A model generated the notes under the pieces. It saw only the letters and a list, made by a program, of their open reading frames with translations, ran no database searches and had not been told where the DNA came from. The position numbers and the translations under genes were made by a program. A DNA stretch of 64,000 nt from Naegleria gruberi (lineage: Eukaryota), in the NCBI GenBank assembly GCA_000004985.1, contig GG738863.1. One strand, 5' to 3'. Below, one piece after another: positions 55,292 to 64,000 of this stretch (the first letter of the stretch is position 1; every line of letters starts with the position of its first letter).

Positions 55292-57115
55292 ATGAAACCA
55301 CACAACAATAAGCGAACCATGAAACCAATTCGACCTCTTCGACCAGCCCGAGGTAACAAAAACACTAATTCCGAACACACTTCCGACCAACAACAACACA
55401 ACAAAACTAAACAAACCATTCGTCTCCCAACCAATCATCGAACTCTAATCAAGGCAGCAATCATTGGAAAGCAAGGAAGTCAAATTAAATTAATTTCCGA
55501 ACTGAGTCAGGGATGTAGAATTAAGGTCGAGGAGTCGAGAGTTGTAATTTATGCTGCAAATAATAATCAAAAAGTTGCTGGTAATGATTCTTTATCATCG
55601 AGTGGTAATAATTTGCAAATTGCAGTGAATTTGGTTCAATCAATTATTAATAATGTATTGTGTGTGTTTGAGCATCCGAATGTCATTTGTTCAATCTATG
55701 AATGTAATGGTGAAGAAGAGAGGATGAAATTAACAAGATTTGAAACTCCAATTGTTCTTGTTTCAAATAATCATAATGATGATGATAAAGAAGAAGGAGA
55801 ACAGAGAGAAAAAGTAAAACATCATCAGAATTATTATCGACTTGCTCTTGCTTCGGATGATAATGATGAACTGGCTGATGAGGAAGTGAAAGATCTTCAA
55901 TCAACAATACCTTCTTCTTCTTCTTCAATGGAATTCTCTAATAATGGTTCTTCTGCATCACATGAAGAGCAATTGCTATCTAATAGTAGTAGTAATGGTG
56001 GGGATAAAACTAGTGATACATCCTCATCCTCATCATCATCATTATTGGTGGAGAAGAGATTGGTCAAATCGGATCATCAATTATATTCACAGAGAAAGGA
56101 GAGACAATTAATTTCAGAGGGATTATCATCTGCTGTATCGAACTATTTGAAATTGGATCAATTTGAAGGAATGGAGAGAAAGCTTCTTATTAAGGTTGGA
56201 TTGGGAAGAAAGGTCTTTTATGATGCCAAGAGAAATGTGGAAATGACAAGTAGTATTTTGAATAGAGTTTATAATTTTGAATCGTTCTCCAAGTTGGATA
56301 TTGGTTATGGAAAGGATTTAAAATCTTCATTTAGATTGGAAATGGGAGGAGATTTTGCATTGAATTTGAAAGAATACTTGTTGAAGAATAATTGGAAACA
56401 CACAGAAACAATCAAGAGTGCCACATGTTATGTGGTGAAATTAATGCAAGGAATTATGGGAAGTGCTGGTGGTAAGAGAATGAGTTTCAAAGTAGTTCCC
56501 AATGGATCATTGGCTAAAATTGGAAAATTAAAGATTGCACTGGATAAGCTTTCCTATCTGGACTTTTGTAACTTGGAGGAGAATTGCCCAGATTTGAGAT
56601 TGAGATTTGAAACTGAACAGTATTCGAGAGAATCAACCGATGAAGAATTCAACAAATTCATTTCAGCGCTCAAGTTCAATGAGAAGGATCAAGTCGACAT
56701 GTCTGGAGTTCCTCAAGAATTGTTAGATATTTTCAGAATTGACAGTGTTAGAAATAAGGTTAAGGAAATATACTGCTTGAATGATTTAAAGATTACGATC
56801 AATAAGATTCTCTCTAACGGTAGAGGGTGGTATGAAATTTCCATGTCTTCATTACAACCTTACAATGAATTATCATCTTCTGAGGATGTTGTAAACGTAT
56901 TGAGTACAATGAGAAGTGTATTGAATGGTGTTTGTGGACCAAGAATACATTGTCCAATAATTTCGAATATAGAAAATGTTAACACCACAACCAAGAAGGA
57001 AACAAAAACATCTGCAAAACCTTCCAAAGATTCAACACCTTACTGGACTGTTTTAGGTGTAGCTGCTTTCTGCGCTGCTGTGGGATTTGGATTGAACAAG
57101 TTAATCCACAAGTAA
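55292..57115 (+). CDS. KH-domain protein with a C-terminal transmembrane anchor (607 aa)
   Basis: IRLPTNHRTLIKAAIIGKQGSQIKLISELSQGCRIKV (type-I KH). Acidic S-rich middle. C-terminal YWTVLGVAAFCAAVGFGLNKLIHK. Confidence 0.5.
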   Translation: MKPHNNKRTMKPIRPLRPARGNKNTNSEHTSDQQQHNKTKQTIRLPTNHRTLIKAAIIGKQGSQIKLISELSQGCRIKVEESRVVIYAANNNQKVAGNDSLSSSGNNLQIAVNLVQSIINNVLCVFEHPNVICSIYECNGEEERMKLTRFETPIVLVSNNHNDDDKEEGEQREKVKHHQNYYRLALASDDNDELADEEVKDLQSTIPSSSSSMEFSNNGSSASHEEQLLSNSSSNGGDKTSDTSSSSSSSLLVEKRLVKSDHQLYSQRKERQLISEGLSSAVSNYLKLDQFEGMERKLLIKVGLGRKVFYDAKRNVEMTSSILNRVYNFESFSKLDIGYGKDLKSSFRLEMGGDFALNLKEYLLKNNWKHTETIKSATCYVVKLMQGIMGSAGGKRMSFKVVPNGSLAKIGKLKIALDKLSYLDFCNLEENCPDLRLRFETEQYSRESTDEEFNKFISALKFNEKDQVDMSGVPQELLDIFRIDSVRNKVKEIYCLNDLKITINKILSNGRGWYEISMSSLQPYNELSSSEDVVNVLSTMRSVLNGVCGPRIHCPIISNIENVNTTTKKETKTSAKPSKDSTPYWTVLGVAAFCAAVGFGLNKLIHK

Positions 57116-57450
57116 TTTGTTCAAAAACAAAAGGAATCATAGAATCATATTGGAATGCAACATAATCCTGACAAATTAAAGAAAATTATGGAACAAGATT
57201 CTCGATATCTCAATGAAATAAAAGAAACTAAACATGTCAAAATGTTCCTTACAATATCCATTGGAGAATCTTTGAATTAAAGAATGATTCATTAATGGTG
57301 CAACTCTTACCCTTTAAAATATGATAACAGCTTCTCATTTCAATTATTAAAGCCCGATACTCCTTCACGACCATCACTTGTCATTGTGTGAATGAAATAT
57401 TATAACTAAGCCACTGACAGATACCCTTTATAACATTTCAAAAAAACAAG

Positions 57451-59158
57451 ATGATTAAAACACTTTCATTCATACTACTAGTGTTATTATCACTCTATTC
57501 TATTATATCTTTCATTAGAGCTCAAGAAAGATTCATTAATGTCAAGTATTCAATTAAAACTTTGATTGGAACTGGTGCTGGAATATTTAACTTGGATGGG
57601 TTGACTGGATTGGCTACTAATATTAATTCACCTATTGGCGTGTTTTATGAAGAGAGTAGTGGTGATTTGAATTTCTCACATACATGTAAGTTTCATACTT
57701 TCGAATAATAATTTTCATGTTATTCGAAACAACAGTAAACAATACAGTAAGAGTTTTGAGAAACTCATCNNNNNNNNNNNNNNNNNNNNNNNNNNNNNNN
57801 NNNNNNNNNNNNNNNNNNNNNNNNNNNNNNNNNNNNNNNNNNNNNNNNNNNNNNNNNNNNNNNNNNNNNNNNNNNNNNNNNNNNNNNNNNNNNNNNNNNN
57901 NNNNNNNNNNNNNNNNNNNNNNNNNNNNNNNNNNNNNNNNNNNNNNNNNNNNNNNNNNNNNNNNNNNNNNNNNNNNNNNNNNNNNNNNNNNNNNNNNNNN
58001 NNNNNNNNNNNNNNNNNNNNNNNNNNNNNNNNNNNNNNNNNNNNNNNNNNNNNNNNNNNNNNNNNNNNNNNNNNNNNNNNNNNNNNNNNNNNNNNNNNNN
58101 NNNNNNNNNNNNNNNNNNNNNNNNNNNNNNNNNNNNNNNNNNNNNNNNNNNNNNNNNNNNNNNNNNNNNNNNNNNNNNNNNNNNNNNNNNNNNNNNNNNN
58201 NNNNNNNNNNNNNNNNNNNNNNNNNNNNNNNNNNNNNNNNNNNNNNNNNNNNNNNNNNNNNNNNNNNNNNNNNNNNNNNNNNNNNNNNNNNNNNNNNNNN
58301 NNNNNNNNNNNNNNNNNNNNNNNNNNNNNNNNNNNNNNNNNNNNNNNNNNNNNNNNNNNNNNNNATTCGAAAGTTTGTGGAACTAATGGAAAATGTCTGA
58401 CAATTGACAAGTGTGTTTGTAAAGATGGATTTTATGGTCTTGATTGTTCACTTCCTATTTGTTTGAAAGCAGAAAATGGAAAGTGTGCTAATGATACAAC
58501 AGGTGTAACTGTAGAAAATATTGAAACAAGTCAATTGTCAAACAAATCAATTTCTCTTAGTTCAGGAAATTTGACAGAAAGTTCAGTAGTTTCAGTTTCC
58601 TTTCCTTCTGATTTTTCTCATTATATTTCCAATCAAACAACCTTCTCATCAGTTTCTCTACTCACAGCGGTTTCTACAAGCGGAAACAATTTGACAAACT
58701 CAAATTCTGCTTTCTCCATAGTTTCGAATATAATCACAATTTCACTTGCCTTAACAAATGGAAAAAAGATTCCAGTTTCTAATTTGGAAAATCCTATACA
58801 AATCTCATTCCAAAAACCAACAAGTTATTCTGGAAATTTGACATGCATGTACTTGGACGAATTGACCAATGAATGGAAATCAGATGGTGTGAAAACTGTT
58901 ATTGAACCATTAACAGTCAATTGTCTGACTTCTCATTTAACTTCCTTCTCGGTAATTGATATTAATCTCAGGAAGGAAATTGGAAAACCAAAAGAATCAC
59001 CGAGTGTCAGTAATCAAACAATTTCACAAAGTCAACTCTCTCAAGAAGCTATCATTGCAATCTCAGTATCAATTGCTGGAAGCTTCATTGTTTGTTGTGT
59101 TGTTGCAATAATCCTGTCAGCTGTTATCTGCTTAATAAGAAGAAAATCGAAGAAGTAA
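57451..59158 (+). CDS. Single-pass membrane protein with a signal peptide, NHL-type repeats, an EGF-like module, an S/T-rich stalk, a GPS (GAIN-type autoproteolysis) motif and a TM + RRKSKK tail. Exon 1 57451-57685, intron 57686-57735 (50 nt), exon 2 from 57736, interrupted by a 595-N gap, resuming 58365-59158
   Basis: [24 protein letters not shown]. After the intron, LNNTVRVLRNSS is an NHL motif like the GNNRIRKI of the kinase ectodomain. CGTNGKCLTIDKCVCKDGFYGLDCSLPIC is EGF-like. GNLTCMYLDELTNEWKSDGVKTV…TVNCLTSHLTSFSVI matches the GPS consensus (W…G…C.C.HLT.F.V). TM IIAISVSIAGSFIVCCVVAIILSAVICLI. Confidence 0.65.
57770..58364. other. Assembly gap (595 N) inside the NHL-EGF-GPS gene
   Basis: Run of n. 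Confidence 0.99.
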
Positions 59159-59210
59159 AATAAACAATGATAAAGACCTTAACTTTCTAATTAAACTTAT
59201 TGAATTTAAT

Positions 59211-60686
59211 TTAAAAGTATAAATTCAATAAGGAATATTCTGAAGAAACTCCAATACGTAATGGGAAACCATAATGACCTGTTCCTCTGTGAGCATACAA
59301 TCTCAGTGATCCTCTTCCATAGAGACCTTGATCTGGTGGATGGACTTTGAAAATCTTCTTACTTCCAAATAATCTCAATGCCTTGAAGAGTACCTTTACA
59401 AATGTTAAACGGCGGAATCTAGTTCCAATATGCCCACCATGTAAATGGCCTGCAAAAACAATGTCAGTATCATCCTTCATGCTCATAGAGGAGAGAATAG
59501 ATGGATTGTGAATGAGGAAGAGCTTTGGAATATCTTGAGAAAGCTTTGGGAATTTTTTAGAGAGCTCTTGAATGTGTCTGGTTGATGAATCATGTCCAGC
59601 GAATGAGAATTGAGATCCCACAACTTGAACAAGTGATTTTTCTCCTTTAATTTTTGAAAGTCTTTCCACTTCCACAATAGCTTGGTCATCTTCCAATAAA
59701 ATAATATCATTTTGTCGGTAAGCTTCTCTTACCCTTTCCAAAACTTCATAATCGTGACTATTTAAAAAGAATGATATTATAATTATAAATAGTTCATAAA
59801 CCTACTTTCCTAGACAAGCAATTGTTCTACCTTTCAATTGTTTGAGAGGTGATAATGCTTCACTGAGTGAATGATCATCGTCGTGTGTATCCATTGTTTC
59901 CATATCACCAGTAATCAAAACTAAATCAATATTATCTCTATTGTCGACAATATTTTGACAGAGAGACTTGAGTTTTTCCTTACTCATACAAGTTCCCAAG
60001 TGTGGATCAGTAATTTGGAAAATTCTCAAAACTCTGGATTCATCTGTGTGAAGAGGTTTATCATGATGGTCAATTTCAATAACTGTATCTTCTTGGGAAG
60101 ATTTATCAATAGTTTCCTTTCTCAAATCAATATGAACGAGTTCCTTTCCAAACTTTGGTCCCACCACTGAAATGTACAATGCATGAAGTGAAATAGCTAG
60201 TACGAGTCCATTAAATCCAGCATCTAACAATGGCAAATTTACATTATTTACAAAGAGTGGCAATACCCATCTCGTTGCAATCGAGTACGGTATTACTGAC
60301 ATACTACCAATGAAAGCAAGAGCCAAATACCAATAACCAGGGAATGCAACACTTGCCAAATACCACCAAGGTTTCAATTTCTTCCAATGAGTCAACACAA
60401 ACAAGTGCAAAAACAAGGCAGAATTGAAATACATGTGAATTGGCACTGAAAAGAATGGAAAATCTCCAAACAAATTGTAATATCCATTTGCCATCAGTGA
60501 ATGTATTCCTCCAAATATCAAATAAAAGAATGAAAATCTCTTTTGTTTCATCAAGTATCTGGAATACAAAAACAAGGCTGCTGTTCCCAAAACTGATTGA
60601 ATACCAAACACCCAAGAACCATGCTCAGCAATCCATCCCAAAATTGATGAGGATGAAGAAGTAGAAAGAAGGTTTGTTTCATCCAT
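59211..60686 (-). CDS. TMPPE-like transmembrane metallophosphoesterase (calcineurin-like phosphoesterase domain behind an N-terminal multi-TM region). Two exons: 60686-59806 and 59757-59211. Intron 59805-59758 (48 nt). ~483 aa
   Basis: IFQITDPHLG and ITGDM motifs. The intron sits inside the GNH[DE] motif codon: …ACLG N|HDYEV… is restored only after splicing. C-terminal FAGHLHGGH and YAHRGTGHYGFP are present. Confidence 0.75.
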
Positions 60687-61376
60687 TTTATTGTCCAGTT
60701 TCCGAATCAATTATTTTAATTATTATAAAATTAATGATCCTCTCGAGATAGGGAATAGATGATAAATAACAATAAGATGTTGTTGTAGATGTATTTTTTT
60801 GATTGTTTTTAAAAATTGATTCTTTCAATGATAATGAATTAATTGAAAGCTAAAAGGACAAATTGAAATGTACGCGTATAATTAATTGGCGCACCCATTC
60901 CAACATCATTTAGAATCTCATGCATTCAATTTAAATTGAAATTGTGCACTCAATCTATTTGAAATCATGAACAAGATTGAAGGAGTATTCTCCTCTCATA
61001 GACCCACATTCTATCATCACTCACATTGAATTATTATTTGGATCGTTCTCAACAATAAAAGATTCTGATGATCGGAATGAAAGAATAAAAGGTTGTTTTC
61101 TGAGGCGGGAGCATGTGACATCATTCTTACTGATGCACCTGCGAGAAGCCAAGTAAATTCCTATATTGTATTTCCTAAGCCAATCCTCTCTTCCGAGACG
61201 AGAAAACTGGTGGTTTTGGGAGAAATCAAATTTCAAACACTAGCAAATAGCAGTAAACTTATCACATCTCGTGGTTTTATTTTTTTTTAATTTGCAAAAA
61301 TTGTGGTAATTCAATTTTTATTATTTTAGACAGGTCCAACAAGAAGTGGACTTGGGAATAATTTAACAGAGTATTC

Positions 61377-63275
61377 TTAATGGCGTGAGGTTGGTTTTTG
61401 GATGGTGGAAAGGATTGGCTTGAGGGAGGGATCAATTTTGAGCATGGTGTTGAGGAGGTGTTTGGAGTGTTTGTTGGTGTTCATGGAACGAATGGAATCA
61501 GTATTAAGCTCCTCAATATTTTGAACATTTCCCAATAATTCATGATTCATAATGTCTCTAATGACTTGTGGACTCACTTGGTAGAGTTCTTGAAGTATTA
61601 TAGAGCTATTTCTCTCAGTGCTCATCTTGGCAAGCTTTCCTTCAAAAGATTTCACAAGAGCTGTATGATCGTTGAGAGAACCCTTCTTAATAAATAGGAG
61701 AGTAAGCTTGAATAAAGGTTCTGCAATGTCACCATTCAGTTCGCTGAATTTTGGTAATATACAATACTTTAAAACCTCATTTCTCTCAAAAGGATTACAT
61801 TCATTAATGAGATGGAAAATCACTTGCTGACAAGTGGTATAATGTCCTACAATGTCATACTTGAATGATTTGAGGATGGCCTTTCTACCTTCTGGATATT
61901 TGGCCATTTTAATGGAAAGGAATTGTGAATTTTTGTTGGAGGAAATACTCAAAAGGTTTGGCTTGACCATCTCAATAATAGTAAGGGCACATTCTCTATC
62001 ATCTGCCACCAATGAGGAGAAGAAGAAGGAGCTAGTAAAACCTTTTGCCAAGTCTACAATCTTTTCACTCAATTTGTTCAATACATTAGTTTTACAAGTT
62101 GTTCTAGAGAAGAGGTAAGAGAAGGCAACAATTCCATTCTTATCTTTGAGCAATTCTTCGATTTGATCTGTGCTGAGAGAATCTATCAGTGAATCGAGAG
62201 TATTCTTTTCGGAAAATCCAATAAATGCATTAATTACATCTTTGTGATCTCTCTTCATGGATAAATTGTAAAAATTCTTCATAATGAGAGTAGAGGTCTC
62301 CCCAAATTCCTTGCTATTGGTAGGTAATCTAGTATAAACTCGTGACAAGGCAAAAGCATGCCTTTCATCTAATTGGGTAATATTGTCCTCGGATAGAGAT
62401 TTGATCAATTCCAATTTGATATCTACAGAAGATTTCTCTATAGATTTAGACAATGGTTGTCTCAATCTTTGCTCACTAATTTGTTCGTCATCCAAATTGA
62501 GTAAAAATTGAACCATCGGTTGTTTTACAAAGCTCTCTAAAGTATTCAAATGTATTTCAATCATTTGAGTGAGTGAATTGGTTGAATTTTCATTTTCTAA
62601 CATGATAAGCACTAGCTCAGAGTTGAAATTCATCAATCCAAGTAATTTTTCAATGTGGCTAGAATTCAATTTGGGTAACAATTTAGAAATGACTCTCGAT
62701 GAATTTTCCTGTGTGAATAAGTTAATTATATCCTCTCTCGATTTCTTATCAGAAAATAAACTATTAAATATAATATCCAATTGATGAGGAAGAGCTCTCA
62801 ATATCACTCTCTCCATAACAATTGATCCATTACTATCTATACACAACTCATAAATATTTGGTTGAATTTCATTAAATACTTTTTCCAATTCATCAATTGT
62901 AGCATGTCGTAACAACTTGTTAAATGATGTACAATATTCACTCGATTTGGCAAATTCAATAACATTTCCCGAGAGGTGTTTCAAGAGTTGTGAAATTGTA
63001 ATTTCCTCCTCTTCATTAATTTTAATTGTTTTTACTCTTGTAGAATAAAACCTTCTTTGCATTGATGCAATCAAACTCGAACTATTTGTATTATTATTTA
63101 CATAATTATTATTATTAATATGTAATGATGATGATGTAATATTCCTCTTCAAAATTCTTCCTCCAAAATTCAAAGCTAGATTTGATGCAAGAAGAACATG
63201 TTCTTTTCCGTGCAAATTCGCAAGATGTAAAAGCTTCTTACCACCACAAGCAGAAGCACGTAAGCCAATCAACAT
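61377..63275 (-). CDS. Hypothetical alpha-helical repeat protein with a predicted organelle-targeting N-terminus (632 aa)
   Basis: MLIGLRASACGGKKLLHLANLHGK…RRFYSTR presequence-like. Long helical L/I/K-rich body. No motif recognised. Confidence 0.4.
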   Translation of the reverse strand: MLIGLRASACGGKKLLHLANLHGKEHVLLASNLALNFGGRILKRNITSSSLHINNNNYVNNNTNSSSLIASMQRRFYSTRVKTIKINEEEEITISQLLKHLSGNVIEFAKSSEYCTSFNKLLRHATIDELEKVFNEIQPNIYELCIDSNGSIVMERVILRALPHQLDIIFNSLFSDKKSREDIINLFTQENSSRVISKLLPKLNSSHIEKLLGLMNFNSELVLIMLENENSTNSLTQMIEIHLNTLESFVKQPMVQFLLNLDDEQISEQRLRQPLSKSIEKSSVDIKLELIKSLSEDNITQLDERHAFALSRVYTRLPTNSKEFGETSTLIMKNFYNLSMKRDHKDVINAFIGFSEKNTLDSLIDSLSTDQIEELLKDKNGIVAFSYLFSRTTCKTNVLNKLSEKIVDLAKGFTSSFFFSSLVADDRECALTIIEMVKPNLLSISSNKNSQFLSIKMAKYPEGRKAILKSFKYDIVGHYTTCQQVIFHLINECNPFERNEVLKYCILPKFSELNGDIAEPLFKLTLLFIKKGSLNDHTALVKSFEGKLAKMSTERNSSIILQELYQVSPQVIRDIMNHELLGNVQNIEELNTDSIRSMNTNKHSKHLLNTMLKIDPSLKPILSTIQKPTSRH

Positions 63276-63441
63276 GTTTTTTTGAAAAAATAAAAATTTT
63301 AAAAATCATATTAAAAAAATTCAAAACAACAAAAAGCGTTTTATTTTCTCTCACTTTAAATTCGGAGTTTTTGTATTTTAAATATCTAAGAAGAAGAAAT
63401 AACATCATCATCATCGACAATTAAGAGTAAATATTATTGTG

Positions 63442-64000
63442 ATGGAGAGTAGTGGAGAAAACGGATCATCAAAAACAAAACAAACAATAACTAGAAATGA
63501 CGATCATCAACATCAATATTTGGTGGACATTGAATCGAAAATTAAAAATCATATTAAAACGTTGAAAACACTTCGAGATGAGACACCACAACAGACAACA
63601 TCAAAGACTTGTTCGATAACACCTATGGATATTTTCTTCTTTAATCAGAGAGTCAAATCATTCCAAATAACAACATGGTTTAATAAGCCATTCATTGTGA
63701 ATCCTTTACAATGTGCTAGGTATGGATTTATAAATATTGACAATGATAAGATTGAATGTTGTCAATGTAAGACTAAAAAGTTGCTAAAATCATCCTTTGA
63801 TAATATCAAAATATCGAGTGATGTGTTGGAAAAGAGAGCTTTGGAATTTTGTGAGGAACTTAAAACCAGTCACACACCACAATGTGTCTTTTATAATCAA
63901 CCCTCACCTCTTCGATTTACGCTCTTCTCTCATCAGGATACATCATCGGGAAAGAATTCCAACATTACCAAAATTCACTGCTTTGAATTCCACGACTTGA
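63442..64000 (+). CDS. zf-C3HC-type (NIPA/Rsm1-like) zinc-finger protein, 5' part (open to the window end)
   Basis: NKPFIVNPLQCARYGFINIDNDKIECCQCKTKKLL…HTPQCVF fits the C3HC finger pattern. My by-eye translation from the ATG at 63442 has no stop to the window edge; the frame is absent from the track because it lacks a stop. Confidence 0.45.
   Translation, partial: MESSGENGSSKTKQTITRNDDHQHQYLVDIESKIKNHIKTLKTLRDETPQQTTSKTCSITPMDIFFFNQRVKSFQITTWFNKPFIVNPLQCARYGFINIDNDKIECCQCKTKKLLKSSFDNIKISSDVLEKRALEFCEELKTSHTPQCVFYNQPSPLRFTLFSHQDTSSGKNSNITKIHCFEFHDL

Noticed and set aside
1-64000. Prokaryotic features: CRISPR arrays, operons, rho-independent terminators, IS elements
   Set aside because: The sequence is clearly eukaryotic: telomere repeats, spliceosomal introns with GT-AG boundaries, and eukaryote-specific genes (SCAMP, Vps39, NCS, UFSP, RGS). 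No direct-repeat/spacer arrays or transposase ORFs were seen.

Overview
This 64-kb window is a chromosome-end scaffold from an AT-rich unicellular eukaryote. It is not prokaryotic, and there are no CRISPR arrays, rRNA genes or obvious transposons. Lineage is unplaced: an amoeboid-protist-like gene set with Ras-GEFs, NCS calcium sensors, an expansin-like protein, DUF4116 repeats, a Zn2Cys6 factor and N/S-rich low-complexity tracts.

The left end carries a terminal telomere array, (CCCAAA)n on the + strand at 1-360 (G-strand unit TTTGGG). It is followed by degenerate ~300-bp subtelomeric tandem repeats, a 1.3-kb N gap, and a second same-orientation (CCCAAA)n block at 2451-2826 with more copies of the same subtelomeric repeat up to ~3800. 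That layout is either a duplicated telomere-plus-subtelomere module or a scaffold misjoin.

From ~6.4 kb onward the window is gene-dense on both strands. Most genes are intronless or carry one to three tiny introns of 43-50 nt with GTAAGT/GTTAGT/GTAGGT/GTATGT donors and AG acceptors. One NCS gene is the exception, with 317- and 360-nt introns. I reconstructed several multi-exon genes by hand:
- SCAMP (8202-9152)
- cytochrome P450, placed head-to-head with a Zn2Cys6 transcription factor whose zinc cluster is split by an intron
- F-box Ras-GEF (1209 aa)
- three-exon nucleoside-diphosphate kinase
- four-exon receptor kinase with an NHL-repeat ectodomain (~1413 aa)
- RGS protein and a dual-specificity phosphatase
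- monoacylglycerol-lipase-like alpha/beta hydrolase whose nucleophile serine is replaced (GQGIG), i.e. a likely pseudoenzyme
- Cys/Lys-rich secreted repeat protein
- DUF4116 repeat protein, DTW-domain protein, myristoylated NCS calcium sensor
- GPI-type expansin-like protein
- UFSP-like C78 peptidase with an internal -1 frameshift
- Vps39/Vam6-like tethering subunit
- HMG-box/YABBY-like protein, FAD-linked oxidase, KH-domain tail-anchored protein
- NHL + EGF + GPS-motif single-pass membrane protein, interrupted by an N gap
- TMPPE-like membrane metallophosphoesterase
- partial zf-C3HC protein at the right edge

There is also an aberrant tRNA-Cys(GCA)-like gene at 55141-55212.

Four N gaps interrupt genes. 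I found no single undescribed system. The most unusual items are the telomere architecture, the serine-less lipase homologue, the NHL receptor kinase together with the kinase-less NHL-EGF-GPS paralogue-like protein, the Cys-rich repeat protein, and the YABBY-like domain.

All calls come from reading translations by eye. No searches were run and GC content was not computed.
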